Positions 24,976-34,500 of a DNA stretch of 41,283 nucleotides are shown piece after piece; position 1 is the first letter of the stretch; every line of letters starts with the position of its first letter. The notes under the pieces were generated by a model, which saw only the letters and a list, made by a program, of their open reading frames with translations, was not told the DNA's origin and did not search any database. Both the position numbers and the translations under genes were made by a program. Origin of the DNA: a virus (lineage: Duplodnaviria > Caudoviricetes); the IMG/VR virus record IMGVR_UViG_3300009069_000042, positions 1 through 41,283 of that record; one strand, written 5' to 3'.

Positions 24976-25587
24976 ATGAGCGAGCGCCTGCAGATCATCA
25001 ACGACGCCCTGTCCGCCACGGGCAACTCCGGCCTGAACTTCGAATTCGATGGTTCGGAGGAATGGCGTGTTGCCGACACGGCTTTCCGCCGCGCCGTGGG
25101 CCAGCTGCTCACCCGCCACAACTGGAGTTTTGCGACCACGACCGCACCGCTCGCCGGTGGGGTGGATAACCCGTCGCAGATCTTCAGCAACGCTTATGCC
25201 CTGCCGGTCGATGCGCTCTCGATCGAAACCGCGTTCGTGAACGGCAATCCGCTGTCGCGATACGAGATCGTCGATAATCGGCTGTGCTGCGATCATGCGA
25301 GCGACGTGGTGGTCAAGTATGTCCGCATGCCGGCTGATGGCAGCTGGCCGCAGGACTTCCGCGAAATGGTGACCATGAAGGTCGAGGAATTCATTCTTCG
25401 CGGCCTCAACGAGGATTTCGAGGAAGCGCGTGGCCGTGCCCGCGATGTTGAGATGATGCTCCAGGAGATCCGCACCCGCACCGATCAGCAGGCGCCGGGC
25501 AAGGCGGTGTTTCGTTCGCGAACGCGGGCGCGTCGCCTGAGTGGCGGGCGACGACTGAACCGCTTCGAACAGCAGGGCTCGCCATGA
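24976..25587 (+). CDS. Tail tubular protein A/adaptor (T7 gp11-like)
   Basis: IINDALSATG, HNWSFAT, YALPVDAL, YEIVDNRL motifs; start ATG 24976. Confidence 0.85.
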   Translation: MSERLQIINDALSATGNSGLNFEFDGSEEWRVADTAFRRAVGQLLTRHNWSFATTTAPLAGGVDNPSQIFSNAYALPVDALSIETAFVNGNPLSRYEIVDNRLCCDHASDVVVKYVRMPADGSWPQDFREMVTMKVEEFILRGLNEDFEEARGRARDVEMMLQEIRTRTDQQAPGKAVFRSRTRARRLSGGRRLNRFEQQGSP

Positions 25588-27794
25588 GCATCGCGACACA
25601 AATCATCGCGCAACGTGATTTCTCGGGAGGCCAGCTCGACGAGGCAGCAAAACGCCGCGACGATGTCGACATCATGCGCGCCGGATTGCGCAGGGCGCGC
25701 AACGTCCGCATTCTCAACACCGGATCGGTGACGCGCCGGCCTGGGCGCCGGGTCCTGTTCTCGACAGATGGGCTGACGTACGAGATCCGGCCTGCGCCGG
25801 GTGATCCGTGGTTCCTTGTGCTCGAAGATGAGCGCGCGATTCTCCGTTTCCGGGATCTGTCTGCGACACAGACCTTCTCCGGCATGCCGTGGAGTGCGGA
25901 GGTGTTGGCGGATCTGCGCTTCGTCGAGAATGCCGGGACTGTGATCGTTGCCGGCCCGGATATGCGGCCTCAGGTGTTCAGCTATACGAGAGGGACGCGG
26001 ACCTGGTCGCATCAGGCTTTTGCGTTTTCGACGGACGTCACCGGCGCCATTCGGCAACCATTCTATAATTTCTTTCTCGGTTCAGGCATCACGCTTTTGC
26101 CGAGTGCACGAACCGGATCGATCTCGATCACCTTTTCCGATGATGTGCTCGATCCCGCGCATGTTGGCGCCCGGTTCAAATATGGCGGCCGGCAGTTAGA
26201 GATCACCTCCGTTTCATCACCGACATCAGGCACCGCAACGGTCATCGAACAACTGCCACCGACCATTCAACTGACGCTCAACACGTATGAGGGGCTTCAG
26301 GTCGGCGATGTTATCGAAGGCATCGACAGTGGCTGCCGAGGCCAGGTTATCAGTGTCGGTCCCCCGCTGACCGTGCTGATCACCAATAATTGGTCGGGAT
26401 TCGAGACGGCCGATGGTGGCGAAAGCGTTGTGGGGCCGCGTTCACGCGGTCGTGCTCAATCGATCAGCTCAGCGTCGCCGGCGGCGACAACGCTCTGGGA
26501 GGAGGCGCTGTGCTCGGATTATCGAGGATGGCCACGCAGCGTGAACAAGTCGGTGCAACGGATCGCGTTCTGCCACTTCGAACAGCTCAGCCAGGCTGTG
26601 ATCTGGTCGTCGATCGGGACCATCAACGATTTCCTTGTCGGGGCGGATCGGGACGATGCGATCTTCGAGCTGGTCCCCGCGAACACGACCGTGTTCGATG
26701 TCGTCGAAGGCTCCGATGTGTTCGTGTTCACCGACCAGGGGCCCTATTACATTCCGGTGTCAACCACGTCGCCGCTGATCCCAGGCTCTGTGGAGTTCCG
26801 GCAGATCAGCGACGATGCGGCATCGCCGATCCGTCCTCAACCGACGACGGATGGATTGGTCTATGTCAACGGCGGCCTGACGCGAATCCTCGCACTGATC
26901 GCGACCGGTCAAACGACGAAACCATACATCGTCGAGGATATCTCCGAGTTCCATGCCGAGCTGATCCGCAAGCCTGTCACCTTGGCCTCGACCAGCGTCG
27001 ATGCATCCGCTCCGGAACGGTATCTGTATGCCCTCAACTCCGATGGGACCCTGGCGGTGGCGCGATATCAGAGGCAGCAAGGCGGGCGCGGCTGGGTCGG
27101 ATGGGTGTCTTGGGATGGGGCAGGCAAGCTGACCTGGGTGAGCGCCTATGGCGGCGATGTCGTCGTCTCGGCAGAGTACGACGCCGGTGAAGGCACCCTG
27201 CGGTTTGCCGAGATATTCGAGGACGGCCTGATCCTTGACGGGACACGATCGCTTGCCACGGTCACCGGGAGCGATGCGCTCGAACTCGAATTCGGAGAGC
27301 CACTCCTCCTCGAAGACGACCATCCGCTGCTCCTCGCCCAGGAAACCGCTTTCAACTGGGCCGTCGGGGCGAATCTCGCGGTTGCGCAAGGTGGCTGGTT
27401 TCGCGGCGAATACGAGATCCTTGCGGATGGGACTCTGTCGGGATCGATCCCGGTTGAGAATGCGGTGGGGCTGATGGGCGGGTTTTCGTTCGATGTCGAG
27501 GTCGAGCCGTTCGTTCCCCATGCCGAGGCCGGTCAATCGGCACGGCAGCGGATGCGTCGGCGGAAGCTCGTGCAGGTCGCGGCGGTGGTGCAGCGGACGC
27601 AGGCTATCGAGGTCGCTGGGCGCCTGGTGCCGTTCTGGAATGCTGGCGAGAACGAAGAGATCGAACCGCCGCTTCGGGATGAGACCTATACGGCGCGCGT
27701 TGTCGGGCGAAAATACGATCCGCGCTGGTCGGTTCGGCAGAAGCTCCCGGGCGCGCTGACCATTATCGAGCTGACCAGCGAGGTGACCATCTGA
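25584..27794 (+). CDS. Tail tubular protein B/nozzle (T7 gp12-like)
   Basis: QRDFSGGQL, GSVTRRPG, RGWPRSV..QRIAF, C-terminal QKLPGALTIIEL. Confidence 0.88.
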   Translation: MSIATQIIAQRDFSGGQLDEAAKRRDDVDIMRAGLRRARNVRILNTGSVTRRPGRRVLFSTDGLTYEIRPAPGDPWFLVLEDERAILRFRDLSATQTFSGMPWSAEVLADLRFVENAGTVIVAGPDMRPQVFSYTRGTRTWSHQAFAFSTDVTGAIRQPFYNFFLGSGITLLPSARTGSISITFSDDVLDPAHVGARFKYGGRQLEITSVSSPTSGTATVIEQLPPTIQLTLNTYEGLQVGDVIEGIDSGCRGQVISVGPPLTVLITNNWSGFETADGGESVVGPRSRGRAQSISSASPAATTLWEEALCSDYRGWPRSVNKSVQRIAFCHFEQLSQAVIWSSIGTINDFLVGADRDDAIFELVPANTTVFDVVEGSDVFVFTDQGPYYIPVSTTSPLIPGSVEFRQISDDAASPIRPQPTTDGLVYVNGGLTRILALIATGQTTKPYIVEDISEFHAELIRKPVTLASTSVDASAPERYLYALNSDGTLAVARYQRQQGGRGWVGWVSWDGAGKLTWVSAYGGDVVVSAEYDAGEGTLRFAEIFEDGLILDGTRSLATVTGSDALELEFGEPLLLEDDHPLLLAQETAFNWAVGANLAVAQGGWFRGEYEILADGTLSGSIPVENAVGLMGGFSFDVEVEPFVPHAEAGQSARQRMRRRKLVQVAAVVQRTQAIEVAGRLVPFWNAGENEEIEPPLRDETYTARVVGRKYDPRWSVRQKLPGALTIIELTSEVTI

Positions 27795-28258
27795 TGGGTG
27801 ATCCGGTTACGATGGCTGCGGCGGGAATGACTGTTGCCAGCTCAGGCCTCAAGATCGCGGGAAATTTTCGAGAGGCAGCAGGCGCGCGCGCTGGCGACCA
27901 GATCGAGGCGATGCGAATGGAAACCGCAGCGCAGGCCGCGAAGGTTCGCGCTGCGCAGCTGGACGCGCAATACCGTGATGAACTGAACGAAACGCTTTCG
28001 ACAATCGATGCCATTCGGGCGGCTCAGAACGTCAACATCGATTCACCGACGTCGTTTGCATTGCAAGAACGGGCGCGCTCCCGATCTGCCCAGGCCAGGA
28101 AGACTGCAAAGTCGAACGAGCGAATTCGCGGGATGGGGCACGAGGCAGACGCGCAAGCCTTGTGGCGGCGATCGCGGCAGCATCAGACCACTGCGCTTCT
28201 TAAGTCGGCTGGCGACATTTTGAGCGCAGGTCAGTCAGTCGTGGGCATGGCGGGGTAA
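27794..28258 (+). CDS. Internal virion (ejection) protein, gp14-like
   Basis: MGDPVTMAAAG N-terminus, Ala/Gln-rich, expected gene position. Confidence 0.75.
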   Translation: MGDPVTMAAAGMTVASSGLKIAGNFREAAGARAGDQIEAMRMETAAQAAKVRAAQLDAQYRDELNETLSTIDAIRAAQNVNIDSPTSFALQERARSRSAQARKTAKSNERIRGMGHEADAQALWRRSRQHQTTALLKSAGDILSAGQSVVGMAG

Positions 28259-28262
28259 AAAC

Positions 28263-31200
28263 ATGGTTGATGTTCTGACTCGTGCCGGTGGGCGTGGGCC
28301 GCGCTCGCCGCTGGCAGAAACGCCTCAGCGGCGGGTCTCGGGCGCCGATATTATGCAGCCCTACTCCGCGACGGGAAAGGCGCTCGGCTATCTCGGGAAT
28401 CAGCTTGAGGAAGCGGGAATTCCGTTGCAGCAGGCCGCCGGGGCGAAGGCGGTCGAGCTCGATGCCGAGGGCAATCCGCGCGTGAACTGGCGCTTCGGCT
28501 TCACAGCCGGGGACCGGGCGTTCAATGCGGCAGCACGTCAGGCCGGGCTGGCGCGATGGAAGACGGGGTTCGCGGACGAAATGCAGCAGCTGCGGGCGCA
28601 GCATGCAAACGATCCGGATGCGTTCCGGGCCGCTGCCGGTGAGTTTGTCAAGCGCGCTGGCAAGGGGGATGCGCTTCTTGCGCCACTGATGGAGCAGGAG
28701 GCGGAGAATGTCGTCTCACAGCATTATCGCGGGCTTCTCACCGATCGGCAGAACACCGATCGGCAGCGCTTCAACAATGACCTCAAGGCGCGCGAACAGC
28801 ACCTGACCGGTCAGCTCGAACGGCTGTACGAGGAAGGCGGCGGCAATACGCCCGAAGCGCAGGCGCTTCTCGGCGAGATGTACGATCTGCGTCGCTCTCT
28901 CGCGAACAACCCGGAATTCGCTTATTCGGATGTTCAAAGGGAGATCGACGACGAACATACATCGCAGCATCTTGCAGCGACCGCGATCGTGGGGGAGTTT
29001 CGCCGGCGCTATGCCGATACGGGCGATCTGGCCGGGACGATTCAGGAAGCCGAACGCCGGCTTTCCGATCTGAACCTGCCGCCGGATCGGCGTGAAAAAT
29101 ATCTCGGAGAGGTGACACGTCGCACTGCTGCGGCCTCGGAGATGCGGCGTATTCAGCGGCAGGAGGCCGTTGAGGCCTCGGAGACAATGATCGCAGCGCT
29201 CGATCTAGATCCCTCGATTGACGCGGGTCGCGTCGCTGACCAGGTCGGCGAGCTCCGACGACTTGGCGCCCATAGCCAGGCGGTGAAACTGGAATCGGCG
29301 CAGATGGTGCGGGAGCTGTCGCCGGTATTCCAATCCGGTACGGCAGCGGAGAAATCGGCTGCACTGGCGCGCCTGAACCAGCGGATCACCGAAGGTGCCT
29401 CTGCACCGGCTGCTGACTCCGCCCAGCTGCTCCGGGACTTCGAAGGCTTCCGCGCCCGCCCCTACTGGGATGTGAACGCCTATCGGATCGGGTACGGCTC
29501 CGACACGATCACGCGCGCCGATGGGACGGTCGTACGTGTGCAGCCGGGCATGGAGGTTACGCGCGAAGATGCCGAGCGGGACTTGGAGAGGCGCAAGGGC
29601 GAGTTCCAGCAGGGCATTATCGGTGAGATCGGGGTCGATACCTGGTCCGGGTATGGCGAAAATGTCCAGGCCGCGCTCACCTCGATCGCCTACAATTACG
29701 GCAGCCTGCCAACGTCCGTGGCGCGCGCCGCGACAATGGGCGATCCCGAATTGATCGCGCAAGCGGTCGAGGGTCTGAAGGGCCACAACGACGGGGTCAA
29801 CGCCGGGCGCCGGCAGCGTGAGGCGGATCTGATCCGGGGTGGCGGCGCAACAGGAAGTGCGGCTTATATTACTGCAAAGACGGAGTTGCAGCGTCGTTTC
29901 AACGATTCGGCAGTAGATCTGTGGGACGGCGTCAAGCGTGCGTTCGATGACGGCTATTCACCGACATCTGATGAGCTGAACGAGCTTGCCGCCATGTTCC
30001 CGCTGATCTCGGATTCGAAAACACGCGACGAGATCGTCGATCGACTGAACCAGGAAGGCGCACTTGATGCGCTCGATGGTATCCAGCAATTCCAGCTTCG
30101 GGAGATGATCGACGACAGCCGGCGGGCGGCTGAGTCCGGCGATCTCAATGCAGCTGAGCGAGCTTTGCTGAGCGCCATGGATGATCGGGAGCAGGCACTG
30201 ACACAGCGTCTGCGCGATGATCCGCTCTCGCTGGCATCCACTGCCGGGCCGCTGGCATCGGAGCTCGGAACCGGGGTGCGCGAATCGATCGGGCCGCTGC
30301 GGTTTGAAGACAGCGACGTGCTTGGGCGGCAGCTCGGCGCACGCGGGCTCGTAGCGCGGGCCATATCCGGATATCACCGTCAACCGCTGGGATCGGTACT
30401 GCGCCCTTCGGATGTCCCGCAGATCCGGCAGATGCTTCAGAGCGGAGATGCTGGAACCGTGGCAGCGTTCTTCGGGTCGATCGAAGGCCTCGATGACGAC
30501 CTTCTCGCTGCCACCCTCTCCGACAAGAAGCTGGCCGAGTCCGTTTCGGGCCTGCTGAAGACCACCGATCCGGAGCGCTATGGCGCGGCGATGTCGGGCA
30601 TGGATCAGATCATGCGGCGCAATCCAGATCTGTTCATCGACGCCTTCGGCGAAGATGCCGTGGGGCGCGTCCGGGGATGGCAGGATGCCCTTGTCCACGC
30701 GACACCGGAGCAACAGGCCCGCGCGCTGCAACGCCGCCTGGACGGCTCCCAGGGCGCGATTGTGAAGGAATGGGAGCAGGAGGCCGAAACCTTCGCGCGT
30801 GAGATGCGCGCCGCTGATATCGGGGCCGAGCTGCTGGGGCGCTTCCAACGGTCATGGCGGGCCGATCTTGCCCCACCTGAGGCGCGGGCTGCGCTGGAGA
30901 ACGATTATCGTCAGGTGCTGAAGAAACAGATGGTGATCACCGGGGATATCGATGCCGCACACGGTGCAGCGATCGAGACGATGCGCCGGCGTTGGGCGAC
31001 CTCTGCGACGAACAACGGGATGCTGACCAAGTACCCTCCGGAGAAGCACTACCCCGTGATCGGCGGTTCGCATGACTGGATCCGGGAGCAGCTGATCGAG
31101 GATCTGTCGTCGCATCTGGAGATCGATGACGGAGAACTGGAGAGGACGGAGCGCGGGCGGGAACGTCGTGCCTTTGTCCGCTCGCGCGGTACGACCGATT

Positions 31201-31520
31201 CGGCACGCTCGTTCGATGTGCCCTACACCCTCGTCACTACGGCCGACACACAAGCCGATATCACGGCAGGTGAGCCGCCGCGCTACGATGTCGTCTTTAC
31301 CGATCCCGAAACCGGGTTGCTCGAAGTGCTGACCTGGCGGGCCGATTTCGACAAGGCAATGATGCCGGCACGTATGCGCGCCGCCGATCAACGTCGGCAG
31401 TTTCTCGAAACGGAGCGCGCCGGTCGTGAGCAGGCGGAGGAACGTCTCGGCGATCCTGATTTCAATCGCGGACGGCGTGGCATGGAAGCGCTCGATCAGC
31501 GCCGGCGGGAGATGGATTGA
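28263..31520 (+). CDS. Internal virion (ejection) protein with embedded GH24-like lysozyme domain
   Basis: 1085 aa, helical; LRDFEGFRARPYWDVNAYRIGYG..AALTSIAYNYG..RRQREADL at ~29421-29835. Confidence 0.85.
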   Translation: MVDVLTRAGGRGPRSPLAETPQRRVSGADIMQPYSATGKALGYLGNQLEEAGIPLQQAAGAKAVELDAEGNPRVNWRFGFTAGDRAFNAAARQAGLARWKTGFADEMQQLRAQHANDPDAFRAAAGEFVKRAGKGDALLAPLMEQEAENVVSQHYRGLLTDRQNTDRQRFNNDLKAREQHLTGQLERLYEEGGGNTPEAQALLGEMYDLRRSLANNPEFAYSDVQREIDDEHTSQHLAATAIVGEFRRRYADTGDLAGTIQEAERRLSDLNLPPDRREKYLGEVTRRTAAASEMRRIQRQEAVEASETMIAALDLDPSIDAGRVADQVGELRRLGAHSQAVKLESAQMVRELSPVFQSGTAAEKSAALARLNQRITEGASAPAADSAQLLRDFEGFRARPYWDVNAYRIGYGSDTITRADGTVVRVQPGMEVTREDAERDLERRKGEFQQGIIGEIGVDTWSGYGENVQAALTSIAYNYGSLPTSVARAATMGDPELIAQAVEGLKGHNDGVNAGRRQREADLIRGGGATGSAAYITAKTELQRRFNDSAVDLWDGVKRAFDDGYSPTSDELNELAAMFPLISDSKTRDEIVDRLNQEGALDALDGIQQFQLREMIDDSRRAAESGDLNAAERALLSAMDDREQALTQRLRDDPLSLASTAGPLASELGTGVRESIGPLRFEDSDVLGRQLGARGLVARAISGYHRQPLGSVLRPSDVPQIRQMLQSGDAGTVAAFFGSIEGLDDDLLAATLSDKKLAESVSGLLKTTDPERYGAAMSGMDQIMRRNPDLFIDAFGEDAVGRVRGWQDALVHATPEQQARALQRRLDGSQGAIVKEWEQEAETFAREMRAADIGAELLGRFQRSWRADLAPPEARAALENDYRQVLKKQMVITGDIDAAHGAAIETMRRRWATSATNNGMLTKYPPEKHYPVIGGSHDWIREQLIEDLSSHLEIDDGELERTERGRERRAFVRSRGTTDSARSFDVPYTLVTTADTQADITAGEPPRYDVVFTDPETGLLEVLTWRADFDKAMMPARMRAADQRRQFLETERAGREQAEERLGDPDFNRGRRGMEALDQRRREMD

Positions 31521-34500
31521 TGCCGTTCCTTGAGCGAGAGAACCCGCGCGCCCGAAACCTCCTCCCGATGGAGGAGGAGCCGGAACGGCCGGCGCTGAGC
31601 GACACTCTGGCCGCTGGCTTTCGACAGGAAAACATCGTTGCCAGTCCCGCGCGGGTGTTGCGCGACTATCAGTCGTTCGAGCCCGAAGAGGATTATGACC
31701 CGGTCGAGCATCTTCGGGGAACGCCATATGAGGGCAACTATCTCGACCGGTTCGTCACGTCGCGTTCTGCCGCCGAAACCGAGCACATCATGCGTCGCAT
31801 CGACCAGGAGAACGAGAACCGCGAAACGCTGGCGGCCTCCGGGTTCGCGGGTGTCGTGGCGTCCGTCGCGGGTGGCCTGATCGATCCAACGATACTTCTT
31901 CCGGGTGGCAGCCTCTATCGCGCCGCGCGCGGAGGTGTCTCGATCTGGCGAACAGCCATGAGTGTGGGCAGGTCAGGCGCGGCGGCTGCGGGTTTTGCCG
32001 AGGGCGTTCTCGGTATGACGCAGGAGACACGCACGCGTGAAGAGATGGCGCTGAATATCGGAGCCTCGACGATCCTCTCTGGCCTGCTCGGTGGTGGTGC
32101 CGCGTCGCTGCTATCCCGCGCGGAACGCCGAGCCCTCGATCAGGCACTGGCTGCGGATATCAGGCGGATGGAGGGCCGGGCCCCGGACGAGGCAACCGGC
32201 CTTGCCGATGGATCCGATGGGCGAACGGAGATGCCCGATCTTTCGAGCGATGGCGCGCGCGTTCCGGATATGCCGGACGATGCCGTCCGCCCTGCCGGCG
32301 ATCCGGCGAATATGGACGTGTCGGCGATGCGCGATGCCGGTGCGGCTATGGCGGATCGGCGAACCGGGCTCCTCGCATCGACCGGCCTGAGCGAAGTGCC
32401 ATGGCTGAGCACCGCATTCGAGCGCATGTCACCGACGCACCGGTTGCTGGCGAGCGAAAACGTCGCATCGCGTCGCGCGGTGAGCGATCTCGCGGAATCG
32501 GCGCTGATGAGCGTGGATGCACAGCGTGGCGTCACACCGACGCGCGCGGGCGGCCCGGCTGCCGAGCGTGAGATCGCACTCGCTCAGCGGCAAACACTCG
32601 TCGCGATGGATGACGTGATCGAAGACGCATGGCTCCGATACCGGTTTGGCTCGCGGGAATCGGCGCCGTGGTTCGCACGGCAGCGTGACGCACTCGACGA
32701 AATGCGCGGCACCGGTGCCGGCGGCAAGCTGTCGTTCGGGCGTTTCGACGAGGAAGTCGGGCGAGCGATGCGCGCCGGCGATCGCCATGAAGTTCCGGAA
32801 GTCGCTGATGTGGCACGCTGGGTGCGGCAGAACGTGTTCGAGCCCTGGAAGGAGCGCGCGATCGCGCAAGGCCTGCTCCCGGAGGGGGTCGAGGTTTCGA
32901 CTGCCGAATCCTACTTCATGCGCTCTTATAACCGGGAGGCAATGAAGGCGCGCGCACCGGAAGTCCGGCGACGTGTCACCGACTGGCTGGAGGCGGAGCA
33001 GACCCGCAAGCGTGATATCCAGGCCAAGATCGAAGCGCTCGACGACCAGCGCCGCGCCGTTGCTGATCAGGTCCGCAAGGTCGAGGACCGGGTCGCCCGT
33101 TCCGAGCGGCGGCTTGCGGAGCTCGATGCACGGCAGGCCGAACGGCAGATGGCGACGCGTGATGCGGCAAACCGGGAGGAGGTCCTCACTGAGCGTGTGG
33201 CCGACCAGGCGGAAGCGCTCTCCGAGCTGGAGGAAGCGGTCGCGGCCTTCCGATCGCAGACCGTGGCGCCGGAATTGCGGGGACGGATCGCGGACCTCGA
33301 GGCGAATGTGCGGGCGCTGCGCCGGGAGGAAGCGCGCTCACGGATGAGCGAGAAGGATCTCGAACGGGCGCGCAAGGCCGAAGAGGATGCGTATCTGGCC
33401 GATGATTTCGTCGGCAAGGTCGCCGATATGGTGGTGGGTCGCCGCAATCCTCCCAAGGTCCCGTCGTTCGTTCAGTGGATCGTGGATGCCGGCGGGATCG
33501 TGGACCAGGGCGGCGACGTGCGGGCCATGATGGGCGGGTCCCCGCAAGCGAGGCCGGGCCTGCTGAACCGCAACAACGGTTCCTCGATCGACGAGATCGG
33601 CGAGCGGCTTGCCGACGAATTCCACTGGATGTTTCCGGAGCGCCCTTCCGAGGCGGATGTGCTGGAAATGATCGATGCCTCGCTGCGCGGCACCGAGCCG
33701 CACTGGTTTGTCGAATCCCGCCTTGCGCCGGACGAGCAGGATTTGTTGCGCGTAACCGAGGATATCGACGATATCCGACGCGCGATGGAAGAGAGCGGCT
33801 ATCCCCTCAACAGCCGGCGCGACTATGCCCGCTTCATGCTCGACAATCAGGAAAGCATGCCGGCCGGACCGGAGCGGTTCGATGCGCCCGGCGCCGATCC
33901 CATCCCAGCGGGTGTGCGCCTGGAAAGTGCCGAGGGAGCGCTGTCGGGTGCGCGCGATCGTGTGGAGGAGATCCGGGAGGTGGCGGAGCGGGCACGGCGC
34001 CGGGCCGATACCGTTGATCGACGGCTCGGCCAGGACGAGGCGCGGCTTGATGAGGTTCAGCGGGTACGAGGTCGCGGTGATCGGCGCATGGATGAGCTGT
34101 CGCGGCAGGAAGATATCGCTACAGAGCGCCGTGCTCTTCAGGACGAGATGATGGCGATCGCGCGGGCACACGAGGAATCGGTGTACCGGGCGATCGAAAC
34201 CGAGATCGAGCAGTGGGGCGGCAAGAGCGCTCGCGATGCTTTGTCGTCGATCCGGGCGCGGGACAAGGCGGCGACGGAGGCCGGGCGCTCGGCGGACGCC
34301 CCCCGGCTGCGCGGGGCTGATCGGGACATCCGTTCTGCCGTTCGGCGCATCATCGGGTCCGATCGGGATATGTCGCGGCAGGAGCTGGAGGCGCGCGCGG
34401 GTGAGATCTACGATCGCATCATCTCGACGCCCGATGGGAGGCTGCCTTACGATGAGGCCAGCACGGGCGGTGCAGCCGGGGCATCAAGCCGCGATCGCCC

